Shown: positions 13,601 through 25,390, counted from the first letter of the stretch. The stretch is 64,000 bases of DNA from Paraspadella gotoi (GCA_051294375.1 CM119265.1:2270311-2334310); one strand, 5' to 3'. Numbers and translations are program-made. The notes: a model not told the origin generated them from the letters alone.

Positions 13601-16600
13601 GTATGGTATGTATGATTATTAAAATATCCGATAAAAGACTCTCCAGCGCAGAATTAGAACTAAAATAGAAAGAATAAAATATCAACAAACTACAAAATAT
13701 CTCCCCGCCGGGACCCACGGTACACCAAGCGCTGCCCACTAAACACACAGATGAGCGGCGTCTGGAGATGAAACTCAAACAACGCCCTCTCTACGCTTGC
13801 CTGCAGACTTAAGGACCGCGCTGTCCTTACGGCCTTTCGTCCGACCCCGGGCGGAGCACCTGCCTTCAGACAACTGGCGTAAGTGTTGACGGCTCTTCCA
13901 AAAAGCCGTCGAAACTCACGGAGCGCCTCCGGGATCTCTTCTTAGCGGTCTAATCTCTTGGAGCGCGGTGTAGCTGTCTAGGTAGGGTCAGGCGGTTAAG
14001 AGGCCGTTAGAGGGCTACGCGCTAGTAGTTCTAGTACCTGCACTCTACTGGCATTGCGTCTTGGGGCTAAAGTAATTAGTAAGGACTCCGTTGAGCTCTC
14101 TTTAGATACCGCTTTATTACAGATCGGCGATCTACTTTATTTGAGGGTCAGTTATGTTGCCTCTTCCTCTTGCTGTCTCTCGGCTATTCTGATCTTATAT
14201 TAGTCTAGAGATGAGAATCCATAAAGAAAAGAAATTCACTTTCGATCTCAAGTGATGCCAAGCTCTTTAATACTCTTTGCTATCTAACTAGTTAACCTAT
14301 CCGTCCTTTCCATAGCAAATCTTGCCTTCCTCTCAGATCTTTGCGCTCATGGTCTAGATCCGTCAGGGCAATTCGAAAATTCTAAAGCGGCCTTGTACCA
14401 ATAATTTTTACCTATTAGGTTTGAGACGAGCGACGAGATACGAGTGTCAAAATAGATGAAGAGCGAGAACGTTCGGTGCAATAAGAAGAGCGTCTTGCAA
14501 GCATTGATGCGGCCGCACACGGTTTACATAGTCAGAATGTCCGAAGGACATAGGGTGACGATAGGTGTGAAAGACGAGAGTAATATGCCATATTTTGAAT
14601 TGCGTCGCATAGAAAAGAACGAAAAGAGAGAGAGAGCAGGGATAGTATTTGTGCCGGTGACACGATTTTGCCGTCCAAGGGCTAATCGAACGAGGAAACA
14701 GCTTTTGAGGCACGATCAGGCGATTTGCAATACGACCATATTAATGCGGGCAAGTGTACAACAGTGAAAACAAATTTTGTTTAGAAAACGGTTGCTCAAC
14801 AAAAAAATGATTTTAACAAGAGAGTAAACTACTAAATAATTCTGTTCTAGATGTATGATTTATTTAGTGAAGAGAAAAGTGAAATAGATATTATTTAAGT
14901 GATCGAGATAGATTTATAGGTTAAAGATAAGTGAACATAGTAGCGTAAATTGAAATTAAACTACATATAATATGAGCCGAGCGTGTATATAAAACAATTG
15001 GGGAGCACTGAAACTCGGAGCACACTCACATGGTGAGTCTTGCTTCAGGATCTGAGTAATACAAAGGGAGGAGGGAAGCAAAGGTTTCACGGAAGCCCCA
15101 AGAACTTGGCCTCGAGCGACACTGTGGCACCCAGCCCGGGGCCTGTGCCCCCCAATAACAGTACCGCATGCGACGCGCCACAGTTCAATCTCACCCCCCG
15201 CACACAGCAAGCCCAGCTCACGGCCCCCCCCCTGCCCGCCGCCACCAAGGCACCCTTCGCTGCTTGAACCGCGACCCCAACCCCAATGACACCGACCACC
15301 CACACCCAAAATGACATGGGGCCCCCCTCCCGCCCGACCTCCCCCCCGCCCCCCCCCACGAAACTCAGGCAGACCCTCCCACCCACAGCGCCACACGTGG
15401 GAGATAAAGACGAAGACAGCGCACTCAAAGAACGTGGGTCACCTTGTCCTCCCTACCACCAGGGATTCACTCTGATCTTTTTCGAGATCCCTTCTTAAAG
15501 CAGCCAAGGTGCTTGCGCCCAAAGCACGGGAGATCCTCCAAAACAGATTCCAAAGTGCCTCCGACAACGCGTGCTCTCCTAATACGCATCAAACGGTCGC
15601 ACAGCAAGAGTGTGTGTGTTGCTGTGATATCCGAAGACACCATCCAAAACAGACCCGAAAAGCACATACCAAGGCCAGCCGCTTCCAATCTATGGGCAAA
15701 AAAACAAGGCACCCTCGCTAGAAAGCAGACCCGCGAACAAGGACAACCCAACCCAACTTGCACAAGCAAGCCATACTCCCCCCCCCCGAATCTGCCGGCC
15801 GAGAGAAGGAAAAGTCTCCCTCCATCACGATCCCCGCGTTCTCCCACAACCCATATTCAACCACTATCGCGCACAATACTAAAGAGAGGCGAACTATCTG
15901 TCGGCGCAGTTTGCAGAAACAACGAGCACAACAAACTATAGGAGACATCTGGTTCAGAAGAAGAACTTATCGTTTGCTATGCGTCCTATACCAAAAATGG
16001 TTCTCAAGAAGCATGGATTAGGAGCAATTACATCAAGGCACTCGAACCCTCTTTGAACAGTCGATGGTGACGAGGCACGATTACGAACTCCCTTTCCAAG
16101 CTTGATTCGCTCTATCCAATACTGTGGTGAAAGCACCCAACGCACTCAGGCCGCACGGTGATTCCCTCGTCCTTGCATACAACGGCGTTCAGGCGGAGGC
16201 CTCTCACAGGCAATGGACGTCGATGGCCCTCAACGAGCTTGAGCAAGTTTGGCTGCGATCTTCTGTGCTGACGCGTCGCCCAAACGACAGCTACAAAAGC
16301 GAGGGAGAGGAGTCTGTATCACTGTCCCCCAACAGGCCTACGACACAGGACAATCTCCACCCTCACCGTCAGGTGAAGAGGAGGGCCTTCGGCAGGTCTA
16401 TCATTGTCAGAGAGATATCTCGAGTGCACTTAGGCATTTTCCCGGATTCATTACCTAGATCCAGCCTTGTCCCATTCCACCACAAGTATCTTCTAAGCCT
16501 ATGACCCCAGCGCCAATGACCCCAGCCGGAACTACATCAGCAACCTGAGGATTAACCCGTCCAACATTTGCCACCGGCGCTGCGGGGGGCGGCAGCGCTC

Positions 16601-18657
16601 CCCCCTGCTCATTTGAGCCTTCTTTATGTTTTTACCTTACTATTCTACCTTTATTCGTATTAATTCATCCTCAATATCCCTCCCCCGTCATCACGACTCA
16701 TATATTCTTTCTCATTTCATTTTCTCTTTACTAACACTGAGTCACTCAGAACTTAAGACATTAATTTTATGATTACTTTTGTTAAATATTTAGTTTTTCT
16801 AAAAATTTCCACTGTGGGTGTACATGCCCTAACTATATTGATCCCTGTGTCTCTCTTCATCATCTCTCTCTCTCTCTCTTAATCATCATACTCTCTCTCT
16901 ACATCTTTATATCTTTTCACAAATTTACACTTCAAAAAATATGCATTTACTCTCTCTCCATACAACCTACATATTTACCTGTCCATCACATTTGACCAAA
17001 CTTATCCTTGACTCATTTTGTTGATACCTCTCTCTTCTTCTTTTCTCTCTCTCTCTCTTAAACTTAATTTTAAAATTTTATTCGGTTTCTATTGAATTCA
17101 CACTTGCTGGAATGAAGATCGCAAAAACCTAAGACGTCGAAACATTTACCCATTCAATATATATAACACATTGCTATACATATAACGAATTTTTCTTTTC
17201 CATCCCTTCGCTCTAAAACCTATATTTGCTCATTTACAAATATAAAATCAAAATTTTTTCTACAATTCCCCAACGGACCAAAGTAGGCCAACAGGTTGAC
17301 TGGGCCGGCTGGGCCGCATCCGTCAAACCATGCCCCTTCCTATGGCGAAAGAAGGGGGAGCAAACTTCGACAAAAGCCATCCCAGACTCAAAATCACCAC
17401 ACAAATCGGATTTCTGCTCTATAACCGCTCGCACACATTCAGCCTTCACTCCGTCTCGACGTCCGAATCTTCGCAATCATTATAAGAATCCTCCATTGGG
17501 GTACGAAAATCTTCTAATCCCGGCTCTCTAGCTGTGAAATTATTTTTTAAAAATGTCCGTCTGAGCTATTCGCCGACCAACGCAGGGAGCACAACTCTAC
17601 TACCTTCATACAGCGCTCTGAGCCGGACTTGGAAGTCGCTTTTATCTCCCTTAATACTTCTTTTATCTGCTCTTCTCCTGCTTCCTCTCTCGTCGGTCAT
17701 TCTAAGGAATTCGTTAATCATGGGTACTTATGAGAATGAATGACTTGGTCCTCACAGGCTAAACTATCTATCTTCCCTCCGTGACTCGTCTCTACTCTTA
17801 CTCATACCTTATCATCCCTCTCTCTATCTACTCTCATACTCTTACTAAATATCTATTTGGCTCTCTCTTTGTCCGTTAACTCGTTCTTCCTCCCGCACTT
17901 TCCTCTTCTCTCATCCTCTTCATCTCTGCTCCTTATCACTCTCCTACTGCTTCCCGTCTTCTCTCTCTCTCATACGTCATCTACTATATCTCTCTTTGAA
18001 AACAGCTACTGTAGTACAATTAACTGTTTGAAATATAATACGGACGTGTTTTAAAAATCGTAATCGTAAATCGGTTTATTAAAATGAACTGTCACAAAGC
18101 CTTCTCACTCATTTCAATATCAATATCTCTCTCCAATCTCGCGATTCATTTGTCATTTCAATATTTTTTTACAGCTTTTTTTCCGTTCTACTTTTGCTTG
18201 CTTCGACTCTCTTTCCTGTCTCTCTGTTATTTCTCGTCTTCTCTAAGCTCTCTCTCTCTACTCTACACTTCTTTTTCTCTCTACATACTGCACTGTCTTC
18301 TTCTCTTCATACCTCCTCTCTGTCTGCATCATCTTTATCTTACTTTTTTAANNNNNNNNNNNNNNNNNNNNNNNNNAGCGAGATGAGAGAGATATTGATA
18401 TTGAAAATAGTAGAAGTGCTTGTGACCAGTTATTTATAAACCGATTAGATTAGATTTTTAAACACGGTCGTATTATTTCAAACAGTTAATTGTACTAAGT
18501 AGCTGTTTTCAAAGAGAGAGAGAGTAGATGACGAGAGAGAAGAGATGAGAGACGGGAGAGAGAGAAGAGAGGTGTATAAGGAGGCCGAGAGGATCGAAGC
18601 GAGGATGAGAGAGAGGAAAGTGCTTGGGGAGGAAGGAAACGAGTTGAAACTTGAAGG

Positions 18658-18696
<39 letters not shown>

Positions 18697-19009
18697 GAGA
18701 AGTTTAGCCTGGAGGCAATGATTCTTCAAAGACCAGAATTTAAATGACGGACGAAGAGAAGAGAAGAAAAGAAAAGAAAAGAAAAAGATTCGAGCCCTCA
18801 GGCTGTTGAAATATTTGTCCCGATGCTCAGCGGACATTTTAAAAATAATTTCACAGCTAAAACTGATTAGAAATTGCAAAAATTGACCGCTAGAGTTTGC
18901 TGAGATCTCTGATTCGATTCCCTTTTCCCAGGTCGCCCCATTTCTGTTCCTTTTTCCTGGAATTTAATTTTGATTTTATATTTAATACAAATATATTTTT
19001 AAATTTAAA

Positions 19010-19245
19010 AACCAAATCTCTAATTCTTAACCATAATCTTAAACTAATACTAGACCTTAACCTAACCTAACCTAACCCCAACCCCAACCCTTAATCTTTA
19101 TCCTTAATTTTTAACCCTAACCTTTTATCTTAAACCCGAGTCCATAACCCTTAATCCTTAACCCTTTTCATTCTAATCCCCAACCTTAATCAAAAACCTA
19201 ATCCCTGACTTAAACCCTAACCCTAACTTTCAATCTAATCTTTAA
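19010..19245. repeat. Degenerate telomere-like (CCTAA/TAACCC) tract; similar tracts at ~29240..29450, ~27240..27295, ~54910..54940
   Basis: Runs such as CCTAACCTAACCTAACCCC and AACCCTAACCCTAAC. Confidence 0.7.
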
Positions 19246-19623
19246 TTATTTTCCATTATTTTCCATTTTCCATTTTCCATTATTTTCCAATTTCCTTCAT
19301 TTTCCTTTTCAATTTTCTCTTTCGGTTTTACTGTAAATATTATGACGACGGAGACTGGATTGTCGGCTGTCGGTGTCGGGATCCGGCGTCGGCTGGAGGT
19401 GCCGCGTTCTAGCATCAAGTTCCGGCGTCGGCTTGCGCCGTCGGGGGGCGATGCCGGATTTTATTGTCGGCTTCCGATGTCGGTTTCCAGCATCTAATTT
19501 TCTTATCAGATTCTGGAGTTGGCTTTTGACATCAGCTTACTGCTTCGGCTTCTAGTGTCGGTCTTTCAATTTTAGATGCAAGTGTCATCTGCTGCTGTTG
19601 GCGGCCAGTTTCATCCTCTGGCA

Positions 19624-19716
19624 GAGATGTCGTGTCGGCTTCGAGATGTCGTGTCGGCTTCGAGATGTCGTGTCGGCTTCGAGATGTCGTGTCGGCTTCG
19701 AGATGTCGTGTTGGCT
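19624..19716. repeat. 19-bp minisatellite, ~4.5 copies
   Basis: GAGATGTCGTGTCGGCTTC in tandem. Confidence 0.9.
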
Positions 19717-19804
19717 TTGAGAGTTAGCGATTGGCAATTTCTGTGGCTGCGGGCGTCAGCTTCCGGTGTCGGCTGTTGCGACCGGAGTTGGCTTCCAGCG
19801 CGAA

Positions 19805-19982
19805 TTTTAGTTGCGCCGCGAATACTCGCGGAGAAAATCTATCAGTCACTTTTCGGTCGGTCTGTCGGTCGGTATGTCTGTCCGTCGGTCTGTCGGTCGG
19901 TATGTCTGTCCGTCGGTCTGTCCCACTTGCGTTAAAAGTGCTCATAACTCGCCTATAGTTAGTTGCTCATTTGTTAAAAACT
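19805..19982 (+). mobile_element. HINE-like element, family B (inverted noisy copies at ~12025..12260 and ~35381..35536)
   Basis: TTTTAG start, hairpin CCGCGAATACTCGCGG, (GTCG/GTCY)n core, then GTCCCACTTGCGTTAAAA...GCTCATTT. The same modules occur in reverse at the other two sites. Confidence 0.55.
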
Positions 19983-20270
19983 CAAATCTAAGTGACTGCT
20001 CGCGCCGCCTTCAGGAAATCCTAAAACTATAAAGAATAAAAGACGGAATTCCTATTGCAGACTTCGAGCGCATGTGTTTCATACTTGTGTAGTCACGTGA
20101 CCACTAGGGCGGATAATATGCGTATATATTTGACATGAATACAAAGACATAGATACAATTAAATATACTAGAGTAAAGATAAAACGTTTGTCGTTTTGAA
20201 TCCGCGTTTTTCATTTTCACGCTCTTTCCACCACAGCACACAGCATGAAAAGAATTTGCCGCAATGTCTA

Positions 20271-20418
20271 TCATTGCTCCAGTTGCGGTTGCTGCAAATC
20301 TTCTCGCAGATACTCTTTCTTTACTTTCTGCTGCTCGTGCTGCTCTTCTCGTCGTTGCTGTCCTCTCTTCGGCTGCGCTCCTTGCAGCTGCTGCGGCGTA
20401 GTAGGCGTCGTCGTCGTT

Positions 20419-20456
<38 letters not shown>

Positions 20457-20530
20457 GTTTCCTTCGCCGCAATCGACTCTTTGAAAAGACTCGTAGAAAG
20501 AAGAAAATTTTGTGCCGAGAATCTTGACAG
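20271..20530 (-). CDS. TMEM106: TMEM106-family protein, exon 6 (VDCG motif plus T/Q-rich tail, stop)
   Basis: Acceptor CTTCAG. Encodes AVKILGTKFSSFYESFQRVDCG (family motif YQYVDCG), then EGNATTTT...QPQLEQ and TGA at 20273..20271. The six exons sum to 1176 nt, divisible by 3. Confidence 0.88.
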
Positions 20531-20568
20531 CTGAAGATGGACGAAGATGCTATTTATCATCATCATCT

Positions 20569-20634
<66 letters not shown>

Positions 20635-20636
20635 CC

Positions 20637-20667
<31 letters not shown>

Positions 20668-20668
20668 C

Positions 20669-20821
20669 CAGCGGTGACTTGAAATCGAATGAGGACTGCG
20701 TGAACCGTCGGCCTCGCGTCGTTGCAGAGTTTCACGAACTGTTGCCCCGATTCTCCCGTGAGATTCACTTGAATGGAAGCGAAGACGCTGGTGGAGTCGC
20801 TTCTCATGGGGACGCCGCTCA
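20669..20821 (-). CDS. TMEM106: TMEM106-family protein, exon 5 (luminal domain)
   Basis: Acceptor CATTCAG. Encodes VSGVPMRSD...KLCNDARPTVHAVLIRFQVTA, matching C...VHxIxLxxQVT. Donor GTGATG. Confidence 0.9.
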
Positions 20822-21291
20822 CTGAATGGGGATTGATTGATTGGGTGACTGATTTATTGGTTGATTGATTGATCGGATGTCTGGTTGGTTGATTGATTTA
20901 TTTAACGATGAGCTGATTGATTATTCTCATTGAATTGCTTTGCGTTGACCGATTAATTATTTTATTGGCTGCTTGAGTGATTACTAGATTGATTGATTGA
21001 TTGACAGATTTAATTATTGATTGATTAATATATTTATTGTAAATTGATTGAATGATTGATTGATTCATTGATTAATTAATTATTTGTTAACTGATTGACT
21101 GAATGATTAATTGAATGATTGATTGATGGTTCCAATGATTCATTTATTAATTGACTGAGTATTTGATTGATTCAATAAAATAAATTGATTAATTAATTTT
21201 AAATATAAATGATTCAGTTACACCCATTCAACCCCTCATTCATTCATTCCTTCGTTCATTAATTAATTAATTAATTCATTCATTCATTCAC

Positions 21292-21423
21292 CAGAAGAGT
21301 TGGCGGCCGACGAGAGAAGTTTCCCGTGAAAAGCCTGAACTTCGAGTCTCGTCATTTCGATCGAGTAGAAATTCGGGTTACAGATTTTCCAATGATTCGT
21401 CAGCCAGAGACGCACCATGTTTT
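21292..21423 (-). CDS. TMEM106: TMEM106-family protein, exon 4 (luminal domain)
   Basis: Acceptor TTCCCAG. Encodes ENMVRLWLTNHWKICNPNFYSIEMTRLEVQAFHGKLLSSAANSS, matching LxxTN...NxNYYSVEV. Donor GTGAAT. Confidence 0.9.
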
Positions 21424-21787
21424 CTGGGAAGAATTTATCAATAAAAATAAAATCAATTAATCGATGACAAATTTCAATTTTCTTTGTTTTTTTTTTCCAC
21501 GCTCAAACGTCCCTGGGTTAAAAAAAAAACAAGGATGTCTTGCAAGGAGCCATAGGCGTAATAAGGATATTCTACCTCGTCCTCTTGCAAAGGATTATTT
21601 GGCCATGTGTTTGTTTTGCCATGTGTTTGGCCATGTGTTTGGCCATGTCTTTGTTTTGTGGTCATCTTCAGGGTTTTTTCATGGCCGTGAATTTCTTCGG
21701 CTGATCACGAAATTCCGACACCAATCGAAGAACAAGTTCCACATTTCCCACATTGGGTAGAACGGAGATGATCAGTTTCATTCTCTC

Positions 21788-22150
21788 TTTTTTTAGGCGG
21801 ATCTGCTTACAGCAGATTCCGGCTCTATAATTCACTTTGTCGGTCCGTCGGTTCCCCCCCCCAATCTTGTTGGGCATTCACTTATATCATATCCGAACTC
21901 TTTGATTCCGATTCTCTCTTTGATCGAATTATGATAAATTATGCAAAAAAAAAAATGATGTCCGTCCGTCTATCTGACTGTCTGTCTGTCTGTCCGTCCG
22001 TCTGTCCCACCTTAGCAAAAAACACCCAATTCCTCGTGATTTGATGGATGGAATCGTCCGAGTGGAAATGAGTTAAAATGAAAAAAAATATATATATATT
22101 TCACTATTTGAACGCCAAAGTGGAAAACGATTTTGATACAAATAAAAAAA
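21788..22150 (+). mobile_element. Helentron/HINE (DINE-1-like) non-autonomous element, family A
   Basis: Starts in a T-run and has a terminal hairpin GGATCTGCT-TAC-AGCAGATTCC, CTCTATAATTCAC and a (GTCY)n microsatellite. Homologous to the inverted copy at 60190..60592. Class assignment is from architecture only. Confidence 0.6.
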
Positions 22151-22722
22151 ATTAATGAGCTGCTGACCGCTAATGATCGTGGGCAGATCCGTCATTGTTT
22201 GCTCAAACTTGTTCTCTACTCAAGAAAATCGAGACCAAAGGATCAATTTCTATACAAAACGGAGAAATGAGGCGATGATCACGACGATGGACCACAGTGA
22301 TGACCACAGCGATGAGCACATCTTTGGCCACGATGGACCACAGCGATCACCACAGTGATGAACACGACTTTTACCAACAAATAACCAAGATGATGACCAC
22401 GGCTATGATCACATAAATGATCACATAAATGATCACATAAATGACCTCTCACGTCAACTGGGCGATGATCGAGATGAAGAACAATGTGATGATGACGAAG
22501 ACAATGACGATCACGATGATAGCGGTGATAGCGGCTCACAATGGCTCACGACGACGACGACGACGACGACGATGATTTAAGGTTACGAGTTTCTGGGAAC
22601 TCTGGCGATTGAGACGTAAAAGTCGATGACCATTAAGAGGATAATGGTCATCGCTAGAAAGAGGTCGAGACCAACGCCGCCGCCGCCGCCGCCGCCGCCG
22701 CCAGCCTCAGCCGCCACCACCC

Positions 22723-22760
<38 letters not shown>

Positions 22761-23099
22761 GCACCGACCAAACTCTTTCCGCTTTTCTGACGCTCGTGTT
22801 TCAGAATCAGAATCGCGCAGAATTTTATCCTTTTTATAAAAACGTCAACTGGAAACGAAAACAAGCAAAGTGACCACCAGGTCGGTCACAACAACAACAA
22901 CAACAACAACAAAGCTGTTGGCTTTTTAGCTTTGGTTCCATTTCATTAACAATTGACATGAAACGACTTCTGTCCAACTACAACACGGACAACACAATGA
23001 AACTTAAATCAATATCAAACGTAAATTTTATAACGAAAACGAAAAAGGTAACAATCAAATCAAGTACATTTAGAACCAGCGTGATAACCAGTTAACCAC

Positions 23100-23711
23100 T
23101 AAGGCGTAGTAAAATTCCTAAGTTTAACTTTAATTAAAATTCTAAAAGTGAGGAACGAACAACATTTTACTTATGAACATTTATGTATAAAAAAAATGTA
23201 TAATAAATTTTACAATTTACGCAGTAGGCCATATTTATACTAGTACTAAACCAATAAATGTTAAAATTTCAAAACAGTTTTTTCCTAGATTTTTTTGCAG
23301 ATTTGGATTCGTCATAAAAAATTGATGAAAAGAAATATAACTCTTTTTGAAAAATTCCTTCATTAAGTGGGTCAAAAATTAGAAAAAGCTATATTTTAAG
23401 CTGAAAATTAACTTTTTATATATTAAATATAGTTTTTTTAATTTTTAACCCACTTAATGAAAGAATTTTTAAAAATGATTTATATTTTCTTTTATCAACT
23501 TTTGACGAGGAATTCAAATCTGCAATCAAAATTAAGAAAAGCCTATTTTGAAATTTTTCGATTTTATAAGGATAGTACTATATATAAATATAGCCTACTG
23601 CAAAAATTAAAAAACATAAAATTAATTTTTTTTACAAATTAATGTTTACTGATGGTATGTTGTTCATAATTGACTTTTAGAATTTTCGTATGTAACTTTC
23701 ACTACGCCTTA
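23100..23711. mobile_element. Foldback-type MITE, 612 bp, 8-bp TSD (hAT-like), in TMEM106 intron 3
   Basis: Termini TAAGGCGTAGT / ACTACGCCTTA, with imperfect inverted symmetry along the whole length (e.g. TTCATTAAGTGGGT / ACCCACTTAATGAA and TGCAGATTTG / CAAATCTGCA). Flanked by the direct repeat TTAACCAC at 23092..23099 and 23712..23719. Confidence 0.85.
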
Positions 23712-23789
23712 TTAACCACATGTCCCACGACAATCACAAAAATAAAGAACACAATATCAGCAAAATACAACAGAAACAACCACAACAAC

Positions 23790-24165
23790 AACCATCAAAA
23801 CAAAAATCACAATAACATCAACACAACAGTCACAATAACATCAACACAACAATCACAATAACATCAACACAACAATCAAAATAACATCCACGAATGAAAA
23901 ACCTAAACCCTGGACTCGAGCCTAGATCTCCGGGAGGAGGGGGAAGAGGATGAGGAGAAATGATGAGGAAACAGTGCACAACCTATTGGTTCTTTCTCAC
24001 ATCAACACAACAGTCACAATAACATCAACAAAACAATCAAAATAACATCAACACAACAATCACAATAAAATCAACACAACAATCACAATAACATCAACAC
24101 AACAATCACAATAAAATCAACACAACAATCACAATAAAATCAACACAACAATCACAATAACATGA
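23790..24165. repeat. ~23-bp AC-rich minisatellite, interrupted at ~23890..24000
   Basis: AACATCAACACAACAATCACAAT tandem units. Confidence 0.85.
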
Positions 24166-24310
24166 ACAACCACAACAACTACAACGACTACAACCCCTTA
24201 CAATGACAATTACAACGACGTGAATAAAAACAACATCATTATCAACAACAACAAAAAACGACGACAACATCAACGACTCCCAACATCCCTCCAGCCAAAA
24301 CCAAACCCAC

Positions 24311-24505
24311 CTTCTCCATCAATCTCCAGAGCGTCGGGTTCCAAACTCGGACCGAATTTGTTTTTGTCCAAATTTTGGAAAATGAGAAAACTTCTAGGGA
24401 AGACGAAGAAGACGACGAGCGAGGCGACGACGACGGCGACGACGACGGCGAGAGCGACGACGACGACGTGACGACGAGCGCGAGAAGGGCGGAGTCGTTC
24501 GTCGT
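24311..24505 (-). CDS. TMEM106: TMEM106-family protein, exon 3 (transmembrane helix)
   Basis: Acceptor CCACCAG. Encodes DDERLRPSRARRHVVVVALAVVVAVVASLVVFFVFPRSFLIF...EIDGE, matching DxRLRPxR-TM-FFLFPRS. Donor GTGGGT. This frame is absent from the ORF track. Confidence 0.93.
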
Positions 24506-24760
24506 CTGGTGGAGGAGAGGAGGGAGGGAGATGTCGTCATCATTATCATAATCATCATCATTTTCATCATCATCGTCATCGTCGTCGTCATCGTTATCAT
24601 CACAAACATCATTATTATCAACAACATCATCACCATCATCATCATACTCATCGTCATCATCATCATCATCATCAACATCATCATCATACTCATCGTCATC
24701 ATCAATCATCATCCATCATTCATCATAATCATCAATCATCATCATCATCATCAACATCAC

Positions 24761-24865
24761 CCGCTGGAATGATAGCGACCAGGTGTTTTTCGTCTCTCTT
24801 GTGAACTTTTCCTCTTCCTCTGCAGGTGGGGCAAACGTTTCTGTCCAATCGGGCGAGAGATCCGT
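24761..24865 (-). CDS. TMEM106: TMEM106-family protein, exon 2 (CxxCxGxG motif)
   Basis: Acceptor CTTCAG. Encodes GSLARLDRNVCPTCRGRGKVHKRDEKHLVAIIPA, matching the TMEM106 CPTCQGxGxI...LVALIP signature. Donor GTGATG. Confidence 0.93.
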
Positions 24866-25059
24866 CTGAAGGGATGAATGATTGAATAAATGAATGAATT
24901 GATGAATGAATTGATGAATGAATGATTAAATACATAGAATTAAAAAAGAATGATAGAAAGAATTGAAGATTGATGGAACGAAATAACTAACGAATGAATG
25001 AATGAATGAATGAATGAATGAATGAATGAATGAATGAATGAATGAATGAAAGAACCCAC

Positions 25060-25119
25060 AAGAGGCGAATGATCTTTGCGAATTCGTTATTTGCGTCAAC
25101 GACGAAGTGGTTGCTTCCA

Positions 25120-25153
<34 letters not shown>

Positions 25154-25390
25154 AGCGGCGACGTCAAAGTCTTTCTCCAGCGGAGTTCTTTCCTCTGTTG
25201 AAGCTGTAGTTAGCGTCGTCGGTCTGGCTGCTGATGTAGAAGGCGTCTGTGATGTAGAAGGCGTCAGAGATGTTGGTGAACTGTGATTAGTTCTCACAGA
25301 CGTCGGCGTCGTCGTTGCGGATTTTCTGTGAAACGAAATTTCAGACTCGGTTTCCGAAATTTCGCACAAGAGAGAAAATCGGTCGTCCAT
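25060..25390 (-). CDS. TMEM106: TMEM106-family protein, exon 1 (low-complexity S/T-rich N-terminus)
   Basis: ATG at 25390 opens MDDRFSLLCEISE...SQRSFAS. The donor GTGGGT at 25059 gives phase 1, which joins exon 2 in frame (T+AC = Tyr, ...FASYGSLAR). The start codon choice is the least certain part. Confidence 0.7.

Noticed and set aside
19010-19245. Telomere or chromosome fusion site
   Set aside because: The tract is short, highly degenerate and recurs at several internal positions, so it more likely belongs to a dispersed repeat.
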